A stretch of 31,121 nt of DNA from Arcobacter sp. (GCA_965662175.1 CBFIGT010000014.1:1-31121); one strand, 5' to 3'. Shown: positions 16,615-26,636, numbered from the stretch's first letter. A program made the numbers and translations. The notes: generated from the letters alone by a model not told the origin.

Positions 16615-18512
16615 AACGAAGTTATACTAGCGCACTCTTTTTTATATTAATTATTCTATCTTTAATATATAGCATATTAGTAAATAATAAAAGAGTAGAT
16701 GATTTTTTTAAATTTCATCGTAATATCTCTGATATTGTTATAGTAAATGATAATTTAAATGAGTTTATAAATAGCCCTATTAACTTTAAAAACTTTGATT
16801 CTATTAAAGATAACATAATCTTAGCCAATGAAAAAATTGCTTTTATTCAAAAAGATGTTTTTTTATTATCTGATAAAAATGGAGGTTTTAAAGAGGATTT
16901 TTATTTGCTAAAGAATAGCCTTGAAAAAAAGATAAAGTTAATAGAAAAATTAAAATCACATAGGGCTGTTTTAAATAACTCTTTTAGAAATATAATAAAA
17001 CTTTTTCCAAATATTGAAAATCGAGAATATATAAAACTTTATACTAAAATTGTAACATTAAATATAAACTCAGAGTTTAAAAAAGATGAAATACTCAAGA
17101 TGGCTATGGGTTTAAACTCCTCTTCAAAATATGAAAAACTATTTTTATTACATAGTAATGTTATCTCAAGGGAACTTTCTAAATATAATAAAATTAAAGA
17201 AGATATAAAAAACCTAAGACTTGATACTTATATTACAAAATTTGAGTATAAATACTCCTCTTTTATCAAAAGTATAATTGAAGAGGTTAAAGATACTATG
17301 TTGATTTTAATACTGATTTTAGCCTTTGTTTTAGGACTATTTTTAGTTTATGCATATGGAATTTTAAAAGACCAAATAGAGTTAAAACGTTTTAAAAATG
17401 CAGTTGAAAATAGTGATAATTTTATTATAGTTACTGATGCAAATAAAAAAATTAAATATGTAAACTCCAGTATGCTAAATATTATGGGATATAAAATGGA
17501 GGAAATTATTGGTAAAAATCCAAGCTTTTTTAGGGCGGGTTTTATTCCAGCTGAAACCTATAAGGATATGAATGAAGCAATTTATTCAGGTAAAAAATGG
17601 ACTGGTGAATTTATTAATAAAACAAAAAATGGTGACTTAATTTATGAAAAAGCTTCAATAACTCCAATTTTAAATGAATCTGGAAAAATAGAGGAGTTTT
17701 TAGGAATTAAACTTGATATTACAAAAGAGAAAGAGATATTAAACTCTTTAAAAGAGAAAGACCATAGATTAACCCAACAAGCAAAACTTGTAATTATGAA
17801 TGAAATATTAAACTCAATAGCCCATCAATGGAGACAGCCTTTATCAGTAATTTCAACAGCAACTAGTGGATTAATTATTCATAAAGAGTACGAAACTTTA
17901 AATAATGAAGTTTTTGATGACTTAACTTCTACTATTATGGATAATACAAAATATTTATCAAGTACAATTGATAATTTTAAATCATTCTTTAAAACCGGTA
18001 ATGATATAACTTTATTTAATTTAAAAGATAGTTTTGACAAGGCTTATAAGCTAATAGAGTTTAGACTTTTAAATGATAATATTATTTATAAAATTCAAAG
18101 TGATGAGATATATATTAAGGGTATTGAAAATGATTTAATACAGGTTTTTGTAAATATTTTTAATAACTCTATTGAGGCCTTAGAGAATATAAATGATGAT
18201 AAAAAATATATCTTAGTCTCATTTAAAAAGAGTGATGAATTTATTACAATAAAAATAAAAGACAATGCAAAAGGAATAGAAGATAAAAATTTATCTTCTA
18301 TTTTTCAGCCATATTTTACTACTAAATATAATTCTCAGGGTACAGGTATGGGGCTTTATATGTGCCATGAAATTATTAGCAAGCAGTTCAAAGGTAAAAT
18401 TATTTTAAACAATACTGAATATATGAAGAATAACAAAAAGTATAAAGGAGTTGAAGTGCTTATTATATTACCTTTACAAAAAGATATTGTAAATGAAATA
18501 CCTAAGGTATGA
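16611..18512 (+). CDS. Membrane sensor histidine kinase: 2 TM, helical periplasmic domain (DAHL-like), PAS, HisKA, HATPase
   Basis: Two TM helices; PAS (YVN...GY..EEIIGKNP...W.GEFINKTKNG); H-box IAHQWRQPL; N-box; DNAKGI, PYFTTK, GTGMGL. ATGA overlap with the peroxidase gene. Confidence 0.9.
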   Translation: MKRSYTSALFFILIILSLIYSILVNNKRVDDFFKFHRNISDIVIVNDNLNEFINSPINFKNFDSIKDNIILANEKIAFIQKDVFLLSDKNGGFKEDFYLLKNSLEKKIKLIEKLKSHRAVLNNSFRNIIKLFPNIENREYIKLYTKIVTLNINSEFKKDEILKMAMGLNSSSKYEKLFLLHSNVISRELSKYNKIKEDIKNLRLDTYITKFEYKYSSFIKSIIEEVKDTMLILILILAFVLGLFLVYAYGILKDQIELKRFKNAVENSDNFIIVTDANKKIKYVNSSMLNIMGYKMEEIIGKNPSFFRAGFIPAETYKDMNEAIYSGKKWTGEFINKTKNGDLIYEKASITPILNESGKIEEFLGIKLDITKEKEILNSLKEKDHRLTQQAKLVIMNEILNSIAHQWRQPLSVISTATSGLIIHKEYETLNNEVFDDLTSTIMDNTKYLSSTIDNFKSFFKTGNDITLFNLKDSFDKAYKLIEFRLLNDNIIYKIQSDEIYIKGIENDLIQVFVNIFNNSIEALENINDDKKYILVSFKKSDEFITIKIKDNAKGIEDKNLSSIFQPYFTTKYNSQGTGMGLYMCHEIISKQFKGKIILNNTEYMKNNKKYKGVEVLIILPLQKDIVNEIPKV

Positions 18513-18516
18513 CAGA

Positions 18517-19749
18517 TTATCTAATCTGTCCATTACCTAGAATTTTAAATTTAAATGTTGTTAAATCATTTATTCCCATAGGTCCTCTTGAGTGAAGTTT
18601 ATTTGTTGAAATACCAACTTCAGCACCAAGCCCAAAAGCTCCACCATCTGTAAATCTTGTACTTGCATTTGCATATACACAAGCTGCATCCACCTCATTT
18701 AAAAACTTATTTACACTTGTATAGTTTTCACTAATTATTGCCTCAGAGTGTCCTGAACCATATTTTGAGATATGAGCTATTGCTTCATCTAAATCAGATA
18801 CAACTTTTATAGATAAAATATTTGCTAAATATTCAGTATCATAATCCTCTTCCGTAGCACAATGAATATCTATGTACTCTCTTGTTCTTTCGCATCCTCT
18901 AAGCTCTGTCATATTTTGCATAAAAGCTTCATGTAAAGGAGGTAAAATATAAGCTGCCACATCTTTGTGTACTAGCATTGTTTCCATAGCATTACAAACA
19001 CCTGATCTTGAACATTTTGCATTTATAGCAATAGAGATTGCTTTTTCATGATTTGCATCTTTATCAATATATGTGTGACAAAGTCCTTTATCATGTTTTA
19101 CAACAGGAACAGTTGCATTTTCACAAACATATTTTATTAAAGCTTCTCCACCTCTTGGAACTATTAAATCAACATATTTATCTTGTTTGATTAGTTTTGC
19201 AACACCCTCTCTTGAAGAATCAGGTAAAAGTGAAATAGCGTTTTGTGGTAAACCATTTTTATCTAATACATCTCTTAAAACAGTTGCTATTGCTTTATTT
19301 GAGTGTTCAGCCTCTTTCCCACCTTTTAAAACACAAACATTTCCACTTTTAAAACAAAGTGCTGCTGTATCACTTGTAACATTTGGTCGGCTTTCATAAA
19401 TGATACCAATTACACCAATAGGAATAGATACTTTTTGAATATTTAAACCATCTTCTGTAACCCAACCCTCTAATGTTCTTCCAACTGGGTCTTTTAGAGC
19501 TGCTATTTCTTTAATAGCTTTAGACATAGCTGTAACTCTGTCTCCTGTAAGTAAAAGTCTATCCATGATATCTGCTGTTAAATTATTCATTTTTCCAGCT
19601 TCCATATCTTTATTATTATGACTTATTATATAGTCACAATGCTCTAATAAAGCATCAGCCATCTCATTTAGTACTCTATTTTTAATATCACCACTTAATG
19701 TTGATATTAATCTACTACTTTTTTTGGCTTGTTCTAAAAATTGTTGCAT
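18517..19749 (-). CDS. proA: Gamma-glutamyl phosphate reductase
   Basis: PIGVIGIIYESRPNVT, LKGGKEA, VCNAMET, NASTRFTDG, GAEVGIST.KLHSRGPMG. Confidence 0.97.
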   Translation of the reverse strand: MQQFLEQAKKSSRLISTLSGDIKNRVLNEMADALLEHCDYIISHNNKDMEAGKMNNLTADIMDRLLLTGDRVTAMSKAIKEIAALKDPVGRTLEGWVTEDGLNIQKVSIPIGVIGIIYESRPNVTSDTAALCFKSGNVCVLKGGKEAEHSNKAIATVLRDVLDKNGLPQNAISLLPDSSREGVAKLIKQDKYVDLIVPRGGEALIKYVCENATVPVVKHDKGLCHTYIDKDANHEKAISIAINAKCSRSGVCNAMETMLVHKDVAAYILPPLHEAFMQNMTELRGCERTREYIDIHCATEEDYDTEYLANILSIKVVSDLDEAIAHISKYGSGHSEAIISENYTSVNKFLNEVDAACVYANASTRFTDGGAFGLGAEVGISTNKLHSRGPMGINDLTTFKFKILGNGQIR

Positions 19750-19834
19750 AATTCTCTCTTTGAATATTTTAAGATAAATTTTATTCTATCTAATAAATTA
19801 AAAAAATTTAGTTAAGTTGGAGTGTTTTGAAGGG

Positions 19835-19863
19835 GTAGATACTACAAGAGGTGTAGTATCTAC
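19835..19863. terminator. Hairpin downstream of trxA (terminator or RNA stabiliser)
   Basis: GTAGATACTACA / TGTAGTATCTAC perfect 12-bp stem with a 5-nt loop; no strong U-tract. Confidence 0.55.
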
Positions 19864-19872
19864 AAGGTAAAA

Positions 19873-20190
19873 TTACGCTAAAGCGTTTAATTTTTCAGCT
19901 AATGCTTGCTTAGATGCAGCACCAACCATTTGATCAACAACCTCTCCATCTTTCATGAAAATAATTGTTGGAATAGATCTAACTCCAAATTTAACCGCTA
20001 AGTCTTGCTCTTCATCTGTATTTACTTTACAAATATTTGCTTTCCCATCAAACTCTCCTGCTAATTCATCAATAACAGGTGCTAACATTCTACAAGGTCC
20101 ACACCAAGGAGCCCAAAAGTCCACTAAAGATAATCCATTACTTACTGTTGTATCAAAATTTTCATTTGTTAATTCTATATATTTTCCCAT
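19873..20190 (-). CDS. trxA: Thioredoxin
   Basis: VDFWAPWCGPC active site, VRSIPT cis-Pro motif, 105 aa. Confidence 0.96.
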   Translation of the reverse strand: MGKYIELTNENFDTTVSNGLSLVDFWAPWCGPCRMLAPVIDELAGEFDGKANICKVNTDEEQDLAVKFGVRSIPTIIFMKDGEVVDQMVGAASKQALAEKLNALA

Positions 20191-20250
20191 ATTTTTTCCT
20201 TATTAATTAGTTGTGGAAAAATTTTATCCAATATAAAAATTTTTGTCAAG

Positions 20251-20289
20251 TATGTACTAAAAAGTTATATAGGCACTTTTAGGTAACTA
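20251..20289. promoter_or_regulatory. Putative tandem HxlR-family operator (two AC-N6-GT boxes 19 bp apart)
   Basis: TATGTAC-TAAAAA-GTTATA then TAGGCAC-TTTTAG-GTAACTA between divergent trxA and hxlR; a matching arrangement occurs at 21731-21768. Confidence 0.5.
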
Positions 20290-20327
20290 TTAAAGTAAAT
20301 TTGTATAATAAAATAAAAAGATTATAT

Positions 20328-20684
20328 ATGGAAGCAAAAAAATATAGTTGTTATTTTCAATTAGCAACTGACATAATTGGTGGAAAGTGGAAAAGTATGG
20401 TTTTATGGGCTTTAAAAAAAGATATAAAACGAAATGGAGAGTTAAAAAGATTAATTCCTAATATTAGTCAAAAGATGTTAACTCAACAGCTAAGAGAGTT
20501 GGAAGATGTTGGGATAGTACAAAGAATAGTTTATCCAGTTATTCCGCCAAAAGTAGAGTATAAATTAACAGAAAATGGGAAAAAATTAATACCCATTTTA
20601 GAGCAACTTCATGATTGGGGTAAAGAGTACGCCCAATCAAGTAATATAAATATTGTAAAAAGTGCTAATTGTGTTATAGACTAA
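20328..20684 (+). CDS. HxlR (MarR/DUF24) family transcriptional regulator
   Basis: IGGKWK, ISQKMLTQQLRELE.GIV.R.VYP.IPPKVEY.LT; N-terminal Cys. The TTG at 20301 overlaps a TGTATAAT -10-like box, so ATG 20328 is preferred. Confidence 0.92.
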   Translation: MEAKKYSCYFQLATDIIGGKWKSMVLWALKKDIKRNGELKRLIPNISQKMLTQQLRELEDVGIVQRIVYPVIPPKVEYKLTENGKKLIPILEQLHDWGKEYAQSSNINIVKSANCVID

Positions 20685-20692
20685 ATTAAAAT

Positions 20693-21670
20693 TTAGTCTA
20701 TTTTCACTAGATATCTACCAGCTGCTTGTCCAGCTAATAAGGCTTCGTAAGCATCTTTAATTTCATCAAGTGTTATTTCAGTAGTTAAATTTTCAAGTGT
20801 ATCTATTTTGAAATCACCAGCAATTTTTTTCCATGCTGCAATTTTTTTCTCTATTTTACACTCAACTGAATCAATTCCAATTAATCTAACACCTCTTAAT
20901 ATAAAAGGGAATACATTTGTATTTAATGCAAAAGATGATGTTAATCCACAACAAGTTGCAACACCATCATACTTTAAAACCTTTAGGGCTTCAGCTAAAA
21001 TATTTCCACCAACAGTATCAATTACACCATCATATTTTTCACTTCCCATAGGTCTTTTATTTTCAAGATCAAAATCTTTTCTTAAAATTACCTCTTTAGC
21101 TCCAATCTCTTTTAAAAATGGAATTTTATCCTCTTTACCACTTATTGCAATTGGATTAAAACCTAATTTAGCCAAAATAGAAACAGCAATACTACCAACT
21201 CCTCCTGTAGCTCCCGTAACTAAAATATCTCCACTTGTAATACCATTATTTAGTAATTCATTTACCGATAATGCTGCTGTTAAACCAGCTGTTCCATAAA
21301 TCATAATCTCTCTATCACTTATATTTTCAGGCATATTCACAAGCCAAGAATCAGGTACTTTTACAAATTGGCTATGTCCACCATTTGTATTCATACCTAA
21401 ATCATATCCTGTAACTAAAACTCTATCTCCTATACTGAAACTACTAGAGTTTGATTTTTCAACTGTTCCAGCTAAATCAATTCCTGTAACATGTGGAAAA
21501 ACTCTAGTTACTCCTGGATTTCCAACTGAACTTAATGCATCTTTATAGTTTAAAGATGAGTAAGTTACTTTAATTAGAACTTCATTATCTTCAATTGTAG
21601 GAACCTCAATATCTTTAATACCTGATTCAAACTTTTTATCTTCAACTTTTTCTACTACGTAGGCTTTCAT
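20693..21670 (-). CDS. YhdH/AcuI-family MDR oxidoreductase (acryloyl-CoA/quinone reductase-like)
   Basis: YSSLNYKDAL, GIDLAGTV, GTAGLTAA, VTGATGGVGS, PFILRGVRLIGIDSV. Confidence 0.92.
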   Translation of the reverse strand: MKAYVVEKVEDKKFESGIKDIEVPTIEDNEVLIKVTYSSLNYKDALSSVGNPGVTRVFPHVTGIDLAGTVEKSNSSSFSIGDRVLVTGYDLGMNTNGGHSQFVKVPDSWLVNMPENISDREIMIYGTAGLTAALSVNELLNNGITSGDILVTGATGGVGSIAVSILAKLGFNPIAISGKEDKIPFLKEIGAKEVILRKDFDLENKRPMGSEKYDGVIDTVGGNILAEALKVLKYDGVATCCGLTSSFALNTNVFPFILRGVRLIGIDSVECKIEKKIAAWKKIAGDFKIDTLENLTTEITLDEIKDAYEALLAGQAAGRYLVKID

Positions 21671-21730
21671 TTTTATTCCTTGTATTTACTTATATTGAAA
21701 CTTTAGCTAAAATACAACAATATAACAAGA

Positions 21731-21768
21731 ACTAACAAAAAAGTTAGGTACTTACTAAAAAGATACTA
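21731..21768. promoter_or_regulatory. Putative tandem HxlR-family operator
   Basis: CTAAC-AAAAAA-GTTAG palindrome (21732-21747), then TACTTAC-TAAAAA-GATAC 19 bp later; shares TACTAAAAAG with 20255-20264. Confidence 0.55.
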
Positions 21769-21779
21769 TAGGAGTTTTT

Positions 21780-22124
21780 ATGGTTAAAAAAATGGAATCA
21801 CAAGTTATAGAAAAGTGTCCCGTAGAAACAGCAATTGATGCTCTTGCTGGGAAGTGGAAAATTTTGATTTTATGGTATTTAAGAAGTGAAACAAAAAGAT
21901 TTAGTGAATTACAAAGATTACTTCCAAGAACAACACAAAAGATGCTAATTCAGAAGTTAAGGGAGTTAGAAAATGATGGAATAATACAAAGAAAAGTTTA
22001 TCCTGTTGTACCACCAAAAGTGGAATACTCTTTGACAAGTTATGGGGAAACATTAAAACCCATTTTAAAACAACTTTATTTATGGGGGCAAACTCATAAA
22101 GATAACAATTTCAAAAATAATTAG
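21780..22124 (+). CDS. HxlR (MarR/DUF24) family transcriptional regulator
   Basis: CPVETAIDALAGKWK, RFSELQR, QKMLIQKLRELE, VYPVVPPKVEYSLT; SD AGGAG at 21770-21774. Confidence 0.93.
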   Translation: MVKKMESQVIEKCPVETAIDALAGKWKILILWYLRSETKRFSELQRLLPRTTQKMLIQKLRELENDGIIQRKVYPVVPPKVEYSLTSYGETLKPILKQLYLWGQTHKDNNFKNN

Positions 22125-22154
22125 ATATAATAATCAGAAAGGTTTTTTTTCCCA

Positions 22155-22763
22155 TTGAAAAAGATTTTAATAATTGATGATTCTTTACACTCTGTCCAAA
22201 GAGTTTCTATTTTAGTACATAATCTTACAAATTTTAAAACTCAAACACCAAAAAGTATTGATTCAGCAATTGAACTTTTTAAAACAAATGAGTATGAGTT
22301 TGTAATCATAGAGCATAATTGTAAGAATTCAAATGAATTTATGAATTTTGCTTTAGAGCTTAAACCAAGACAAAAAATGATTTTATTAAGTGATAGCATT
22401 AATTGTCCTGTTGATTGTGATACTTGTTTATCTTTATATAAATTTGTAAGACTTTTAAAACCAATTACACCTGAAGAGGTATTAAAATATATTACTTTGG
22501 AAGATGAGGGAAGTTTCTTTTGTCCTAATAAATATCGTTTTGATAGTATTGATAATTTAGAAAAACTTTTTGAGTTTATTCATTTAGATGAGAATATTTA
22601 TTTTATTAATAAAGAGTTGTATGATGATAAAATCATTATCAAATCTAAGTTTTCAAATAGTATTAGATTTAATGAATTAGCTAAAATACAAGATTTGATT
22701 AATAAAAAATATTTTAGCTTAAAGGTTTTATCAAATAACTCTTTGGAGATTAGAGCTATTTAG
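22155..22763 (+). CDS. Atypical response-regulator receiver domain protein with Cys cluster
   Basis: KILIIDD, FVIIE (Glu at the phospho-Asp position), ILLS, LKPI; CPVDCDTC in the alpha4 region; TTG start. Confidence 0.7.
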   Translation: MKKILIIDDSLHSVQRVSILVHNLTNFKTQTPKSIDSAIELFKTNEYEFVIIEHNCKNSNEFMNFALELKPRQKMILLSDSINCPVDCDTCLSLYKFVRLLKPITPEEVLKYITLEDEGSFFCPNKYRFDSIDNLEKLFEFIHLDENIYFINKELYDDKIIIKSKFSNSIRFNELAKIQDLINKKYFSLKVLSNNSLEIRAI

Positions 22764-23445
22764 CTTTTTTAAGTAAGAAATAAACTACTGTAGTAATTCC
22801 AGCACTTGAAACAATCATTGTCATAATCATTATTTGATATCTAACAGCAATCATTGGGTCAACTCCTGAGAGTATTTGCCCTGTCATCATTCCAGGAAGA
22901 GATACTAAGCCAACTGCTAAAAGGGCATTTATTTGAGGTATCATACAAGCTTTAAAAGCTATCTCTCTAGCTTTCTCAAAAAAAACTTCCCTTTGTATCT
23001 CTTTTTCAAATCTCTCTATTGCTAATGATAAAGCATTCATTGTGTTAGCAAATATCATTCCAGCTATTGGTATTACATATCTAGGTTCATAAATAGTCTC
23101 TAAATCAAGTACAAAAAATGTGATTAAAATTAGATGTAATACACCTGTTATTGCTATTGATAAAAATATTTTAAAGTAGTGTTTTAAAGATTTATCTATG
23201 GTATTTCTTAATGCAATCCAAGATGAAACAGAAACCATAAATAAAACTATTAATACTCCAATATAATCATCTTTTTTTTCAAATAAAAAGATTAAAAAAT
23301 ATCCTATTAAAAGAAGTTGCACAAGCATTCTAATAGTTGAAATCACTATTTCATACTTATCCCCTGTCCATTTATAATAAAAATACCAAACAAAAATTAA
23401 AGGAATAAGTGTTAATGAAAGATTAAAAAAAGAGATGGTTTGCAT
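22756..23445 (-). CDS. UPF0014 / FetB(YbbM)-like ABC transporter permease
   Basis: RMLVQLLLIGY, YVIPIAGMIFANTMN, GLVSLPGMMTGQILSGVDP..AVRYQI. Confidence 0.88.
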   Translation of the reverse strand: MQTISFFNLSLTLIPLIFVWYFYYKWTGDKYEIVISTIRMLVQLLLIGYFLIFLFEKKDDYIGVLIVLFMVSVSSWIALRNTIDKSLKHYFKIFLSIAITGVLHLILITFFVLDLETIYEPRYVIPIAGMIFANTMNALSLAIERFEKEIQREVFFEKAREIAFKACMIPQINALLAVGLVSLPGMMTGQILSGVDPMIAVRYQIMIMTMIVSSAGITTVVYFLLKKAK

Positions 23446-23446
23446 T

Positions 23447-24343
23447 TTAGCTTTTGAGTAAATCTTTTAAACTATCAATAGGGTTTTTACCCTCAAGTAT
23501 TTTTTTCACCTCATTTGCTATTGGGGTATAGATACTGTTTTCATAGGAAAGAAAGTATATAGCTTCAGCTGTTTTAACACCCTCAGCAACCTCTCCTAAC
23601 TCCTCTAGTATTACATTTAACTCTTTCCCTTGAGCTAATCCAAGACCTACTCTATAATTTCTACTCATAGTAGAACTAGCTGTCAAAAAAAGGTCACCTG
23701 CACCACTAAGTCCTACAAAGGTAGATTTTTTACTTCCAAAAAATCTACCAAATCTTTCCATTTCAACTAAACCTCTTGAGATTAAAGAGGCTCTAGCATT
23801 ATTTCCAAGTTTTAAACCATCACAAATACCACTTGCTATGGCTAAAACATTTTTATAAGCACCTGCAATTTCAGCACCAATAACATCTTTTGAATAATAA
23901 GTCTTAAGAAATGTTGGGAAAAATGGTTCAAAGGCTTCATATAGTTTTTTAGATTTTGAGTTTATAACTATAGCTGCTGGAAGTGCTTTTATAACTTCAG
24001 CTGCAAAAGATGGTCCTGAGATAAAACCAATATTTTTATTAGGAACAAACTCTTCATAAATCTCATTTAAAAATTTTCCTGTATGAGCTTCAATTCCTTT
24101 TGAAGCTACAAGTATCTTTTGTCCCTTAAATTTAAAGTTTTTTTCCAACCAAGCTCTTATCTCTTGGGCTGGAATTGCAATAATTAAGTATTCGCAATCT
24201 AATGCAGTCTCTAGGTCAACAAAATTTTTAATATCTTTTTTTGTTCTTGATGTTATAAAAACCTCTTGTTTTTGACTAAGTGCAAAATGAAGAGCTTGAC
24301 CCCATTTACCAGCACCAATTACAGCAATACTATTTTTTTTCAT
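23447..24343 (-). CDS. gpsA: NAD(P)H-dependent glycerol-3-phosphate dehydrogenase
   Basis: GAGKWG, SKGIE, SGPSFAAEV, GAYKNVLAIA, GDLFLTA...SRN, AEGV. Confidence 0.96.
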   Translation of the reverse strand: MKKNSIAVIGAGKWGQALHFALSQKQEVFITSRTKKDIKNFVDLETALDCEYLIIAIPAQEIRAWLEKNFKFKGQKILVASKGIEAHTGKFLNEIYEEFVPNKNIGFISGPSFAAEVIKALPAAIVINSKSKKLYEAFEPFFPTFLKTYYSKDVIGAEIAGAYKNVLAIASGICDGLKLGNNARASLISRGLVEMERFGRFFGSKKSTFVGLSGAGDLFLTASSTMSRNYRVGLGLAQGKELNVILEELGEVAEGVKTAEAIYFLSYENSIYTPIANEVKKILEGKNPIDSLKDLLKS

Positions 24344-25771
24344 TTATGCTAATCTTTGTTTTAAAAGTTCACTTACTTTTTGTGGGTTTGCACTACCTTT
24401 ACTAGCTTTCATAGTTTGACCTACAAAAAATGCAAACATCTTCTCTTTTCCGCCTTTATACTCAGCTACCTTATCTTCATTATTTGATAAAATCTCATCA
24501 ATCATAGCAAGAAGTGCACCATCATCTGAAACTTGTTTTAATCCTAGTTTTTCAATAACTGCATTAATTTCTGCCTCAGGATTTTGCATTAGGTAATCAA
24601 GAACCTCTTTTGCTGCTTTTCCTGATATTGTTCCATCTTCAATTGATTTAACAACAGAAGCTAATTTTTTAGCTTGTACAGGAGAGGTTTCAAGGGTAAT
24701 ACCCTCACCTAATCTTCCTTGTAGTTCAACTGTTAGCCATGTTACTGCATTTTTACCTGTAATGCCCTCACTTAGCATCTCTTCAAAGAAGTGAGCCATC
24801 TCAAGTTGACTTGTAATAACAGCTGCATCATACTCTTTTATTCCATAATCACTTACAAATCTAGCTTTTTTCTCATCAGGAAGTTCAGGGATTTGTGAAT
24901 ATTTTTCCATCATTTCATTTGTAATAATTACAGGTCTTAAATCAGGGTCTGGAAAATATCTATAATCAGCTGCATCCTCTTTTCCTCTCATTGATCTAGT
25001 TTCACCCTTTTCAGGATCAAATAGTCTTGTTTCTTGTACGATTTCAGTATCATGGATACCATCTTCCCAAGCTTCAATATGTCTGTTTACTTCATAAGCA
25101 ATTGCTTTTTCAATAAACTTAAATGAGTTCATATTTTTAATTTCACATCTAGTATAAAGTTTTGTATCACCCTTTGGTCTAATTGATACATTAACATCAG
25201 CTCTAAATGATCCCTCTTGCATATTAGCATCACTAATACCTAGATATCTTACAATTGAGTGAAGTTTTTTAAGGTATAAAATTGCCTCTTCAGCTGTTCT
25301 CATATCAGGCTCTGATACGATTTCAAGAAGTGGAGTTCCAGCACGATTTAAATCCACATGTGAAACGCTCCCCGCATGAATACTTTTTCCAGCATCATTC
25401 TCTAAGTGAGCTCGTGTTACTCCAATAGTTTTTTGCTCTCCATTTGGAAAATCAATAACTAACTCTCCTAAACCTACAATAGGAACCTCAAATTGAGAAA
25501 TTTGGTAACCAGATGGTAAATCAGGATAAAAGTAATTTTTTCTATTGAATATTGATTTTTGATTAATCTCTGATTTTAATGCAGTCCCTAACATAATTGC
25601 TTTATGAACAGCTTCTTTATTTAAAACAGGAAGTGCTCCAGGAAGACCTAAACATGTAGGACATACATTTGTATTTGGAGCTTCTCCAAAACTTGTTGCA
25701 CAAGAACAAAATAGCTTACTATTTGTGTTTAATTGTACGTGTACTTCAAGACCAATAATTACTTCAAACAT
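24344..25771 (-). CDS. gatB: Asp/Glu-tRNA amidotransferase subunit B
   Basis: [62 protein letters not shown]. Confidence 0.97.
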   Translation of the reverse strand: MFEVIIGLEVHVQLNTNSKLFCSCATSFGEAPNTNVCPTCLGLPGALPVLNKEAVHKAIMLGTALKSEINQKSIFNRKNYFYPDLPSGYQISQFEVPIVGLGELVIDFPNGEQKTIGVTRAHLENDAGKSIHAGSVSHVDLNRAGTPLLEIVSEPDMRTAEEAILYLKKLHSIVRYLGISDANMQEGSFRADVNVSIRPKGDTKLYTRCEIKNMNSFKFIEKAIAYEVNRHIEAWEDGIHDTEIVQETRLFDPEKGETRSMRGKEDAADYRYFPDPDLRPVIITNEMMEKYSQIPELPDEKKARFVSDYGIKEYDAAVITSQLEMAHFFEEMLSEGITGKNAVTWLTVELQGRLGEGITLETSPVQAKKLASVVKSIEDGTISGKAAKEVLDYLMQNPEAEINAVIEKLGLKQVSDDGALLAMIDEILSNNEDKVAEYKGGKEKMFAFFVGQTMKASKGSANPQKVSELLKQRLA

Positions 25772-25781
25772 TTATTTCCTT

Positions 25782-26636
25782 TTATCTTATCACTTTTATA
25801 TCAGCTGTTAATTTTAGTTTTTCAAAATACTCTTTTAAGAACTTTTGTTCTCTTTCGCCCATTAGAGTATTAAAGATTTTCTCTTTTACTTCATCAAATT
25901 TTAGAATTGTAACTCCATTTTTCTTTTTAACATGAAACATTACATATTGTTGATTCGCTGTAAAAATTGGAGTAAAAGTACCAACTTTTGTATCATTTAA
26001 TAAAAACTTTAGTTGGGGATTTAATTTATCTTGTTCTAAAATAAAATCACCCTTTGCAACATCTTTTACCATTGCCATAGGGTTTTGAGTTAAAATCATT
26101 AGTTCTCTTTTATTTTTTGAACTATATTGACTAACTTCAATAGATTGTGCTGTTGTAAACATATTTTGATTGTTTTCATAATAGATTTTTAAATCTTCAT
26201 CATTTGCAATAGCTAAATTTCCCCTAACTAATTTAGAAGCTAGTTTTCTTTTTAAAAGCTCTTGCTTTGACTCTTCTTCAAACTCTTTAAGATTTTTATT
26301 TTTTTGTCTAAGAATTGATTTAAATGTGTATAAATCCATTCCATTTGAAGCAGCAATTTTTTCAATATAATCATTAACTTCAAAAATATCAGCTGTAATA
26401 TTCTGTTTTTCTAACTCTTGAGTATATAAAATTTCATCAATTAGTGAACTAATTGCATCAGATTTTTTTAACTGTTTATCTGAAATTCTTTGATTAATAT
26501 CACTTAGAGTAATTGGCTCATCATTTACACTTAATGCAATTCCATTCATCATCGACGCATTTGAAATAGTAACTGTTGCTAATAGCGAAAAAAGAGCTCT
26601 TTTAGCAAAAAGTTGAATTCTGTTATCTCTCATCAT
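25782..26636 (-). CDS. SurA-like periplasmic chaperone / parvulin-like PPIase
   Basis: Signal peptide, VNDEPIT..DI, LIDE.L..QE, degenerate parvulin region, C-terminal A.IKV. Confidence 0.75.
   Translation of the reverse strand: MMRDNRIQLFAKRALFSLLATVTISNASMMNGIALSVNDEPITLSDINQRISDKQLKKSDAISSLIDEILYTQELEKQNITADIFEVNDYIEKIAASNGMDLYTFKSILRQKNKNLKEFEEESKQELLKRKLASKLVRGNLAIANDEDLKIYYENNQNMFTTAQSIEVSQYSSKNKRELMILTQNPMAMVKDVAKGDFILEQDKLNPQLKFLLNDTKVGTFTPIFTANQQYVMFHVKKKNGVTILKFDEVKEKIFNTLMGEREQKFLKEYFEKLKLTADIKVIR

Noticed and set aside
22400..22430. CxxxCxxC as a radical SAM signature
   Set aside because: Embedded in a short receiver-like fold with no radical SAM barrel motifs.
22140..24343. Homopolymer tracts (T8 before 22155, A-run at the gpsA start) as phase-variation sites
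   Set aside because: Short A/T runs are expected in such AT-rich DNA, reading frames are intact, and no long poly-G/C tract is present.
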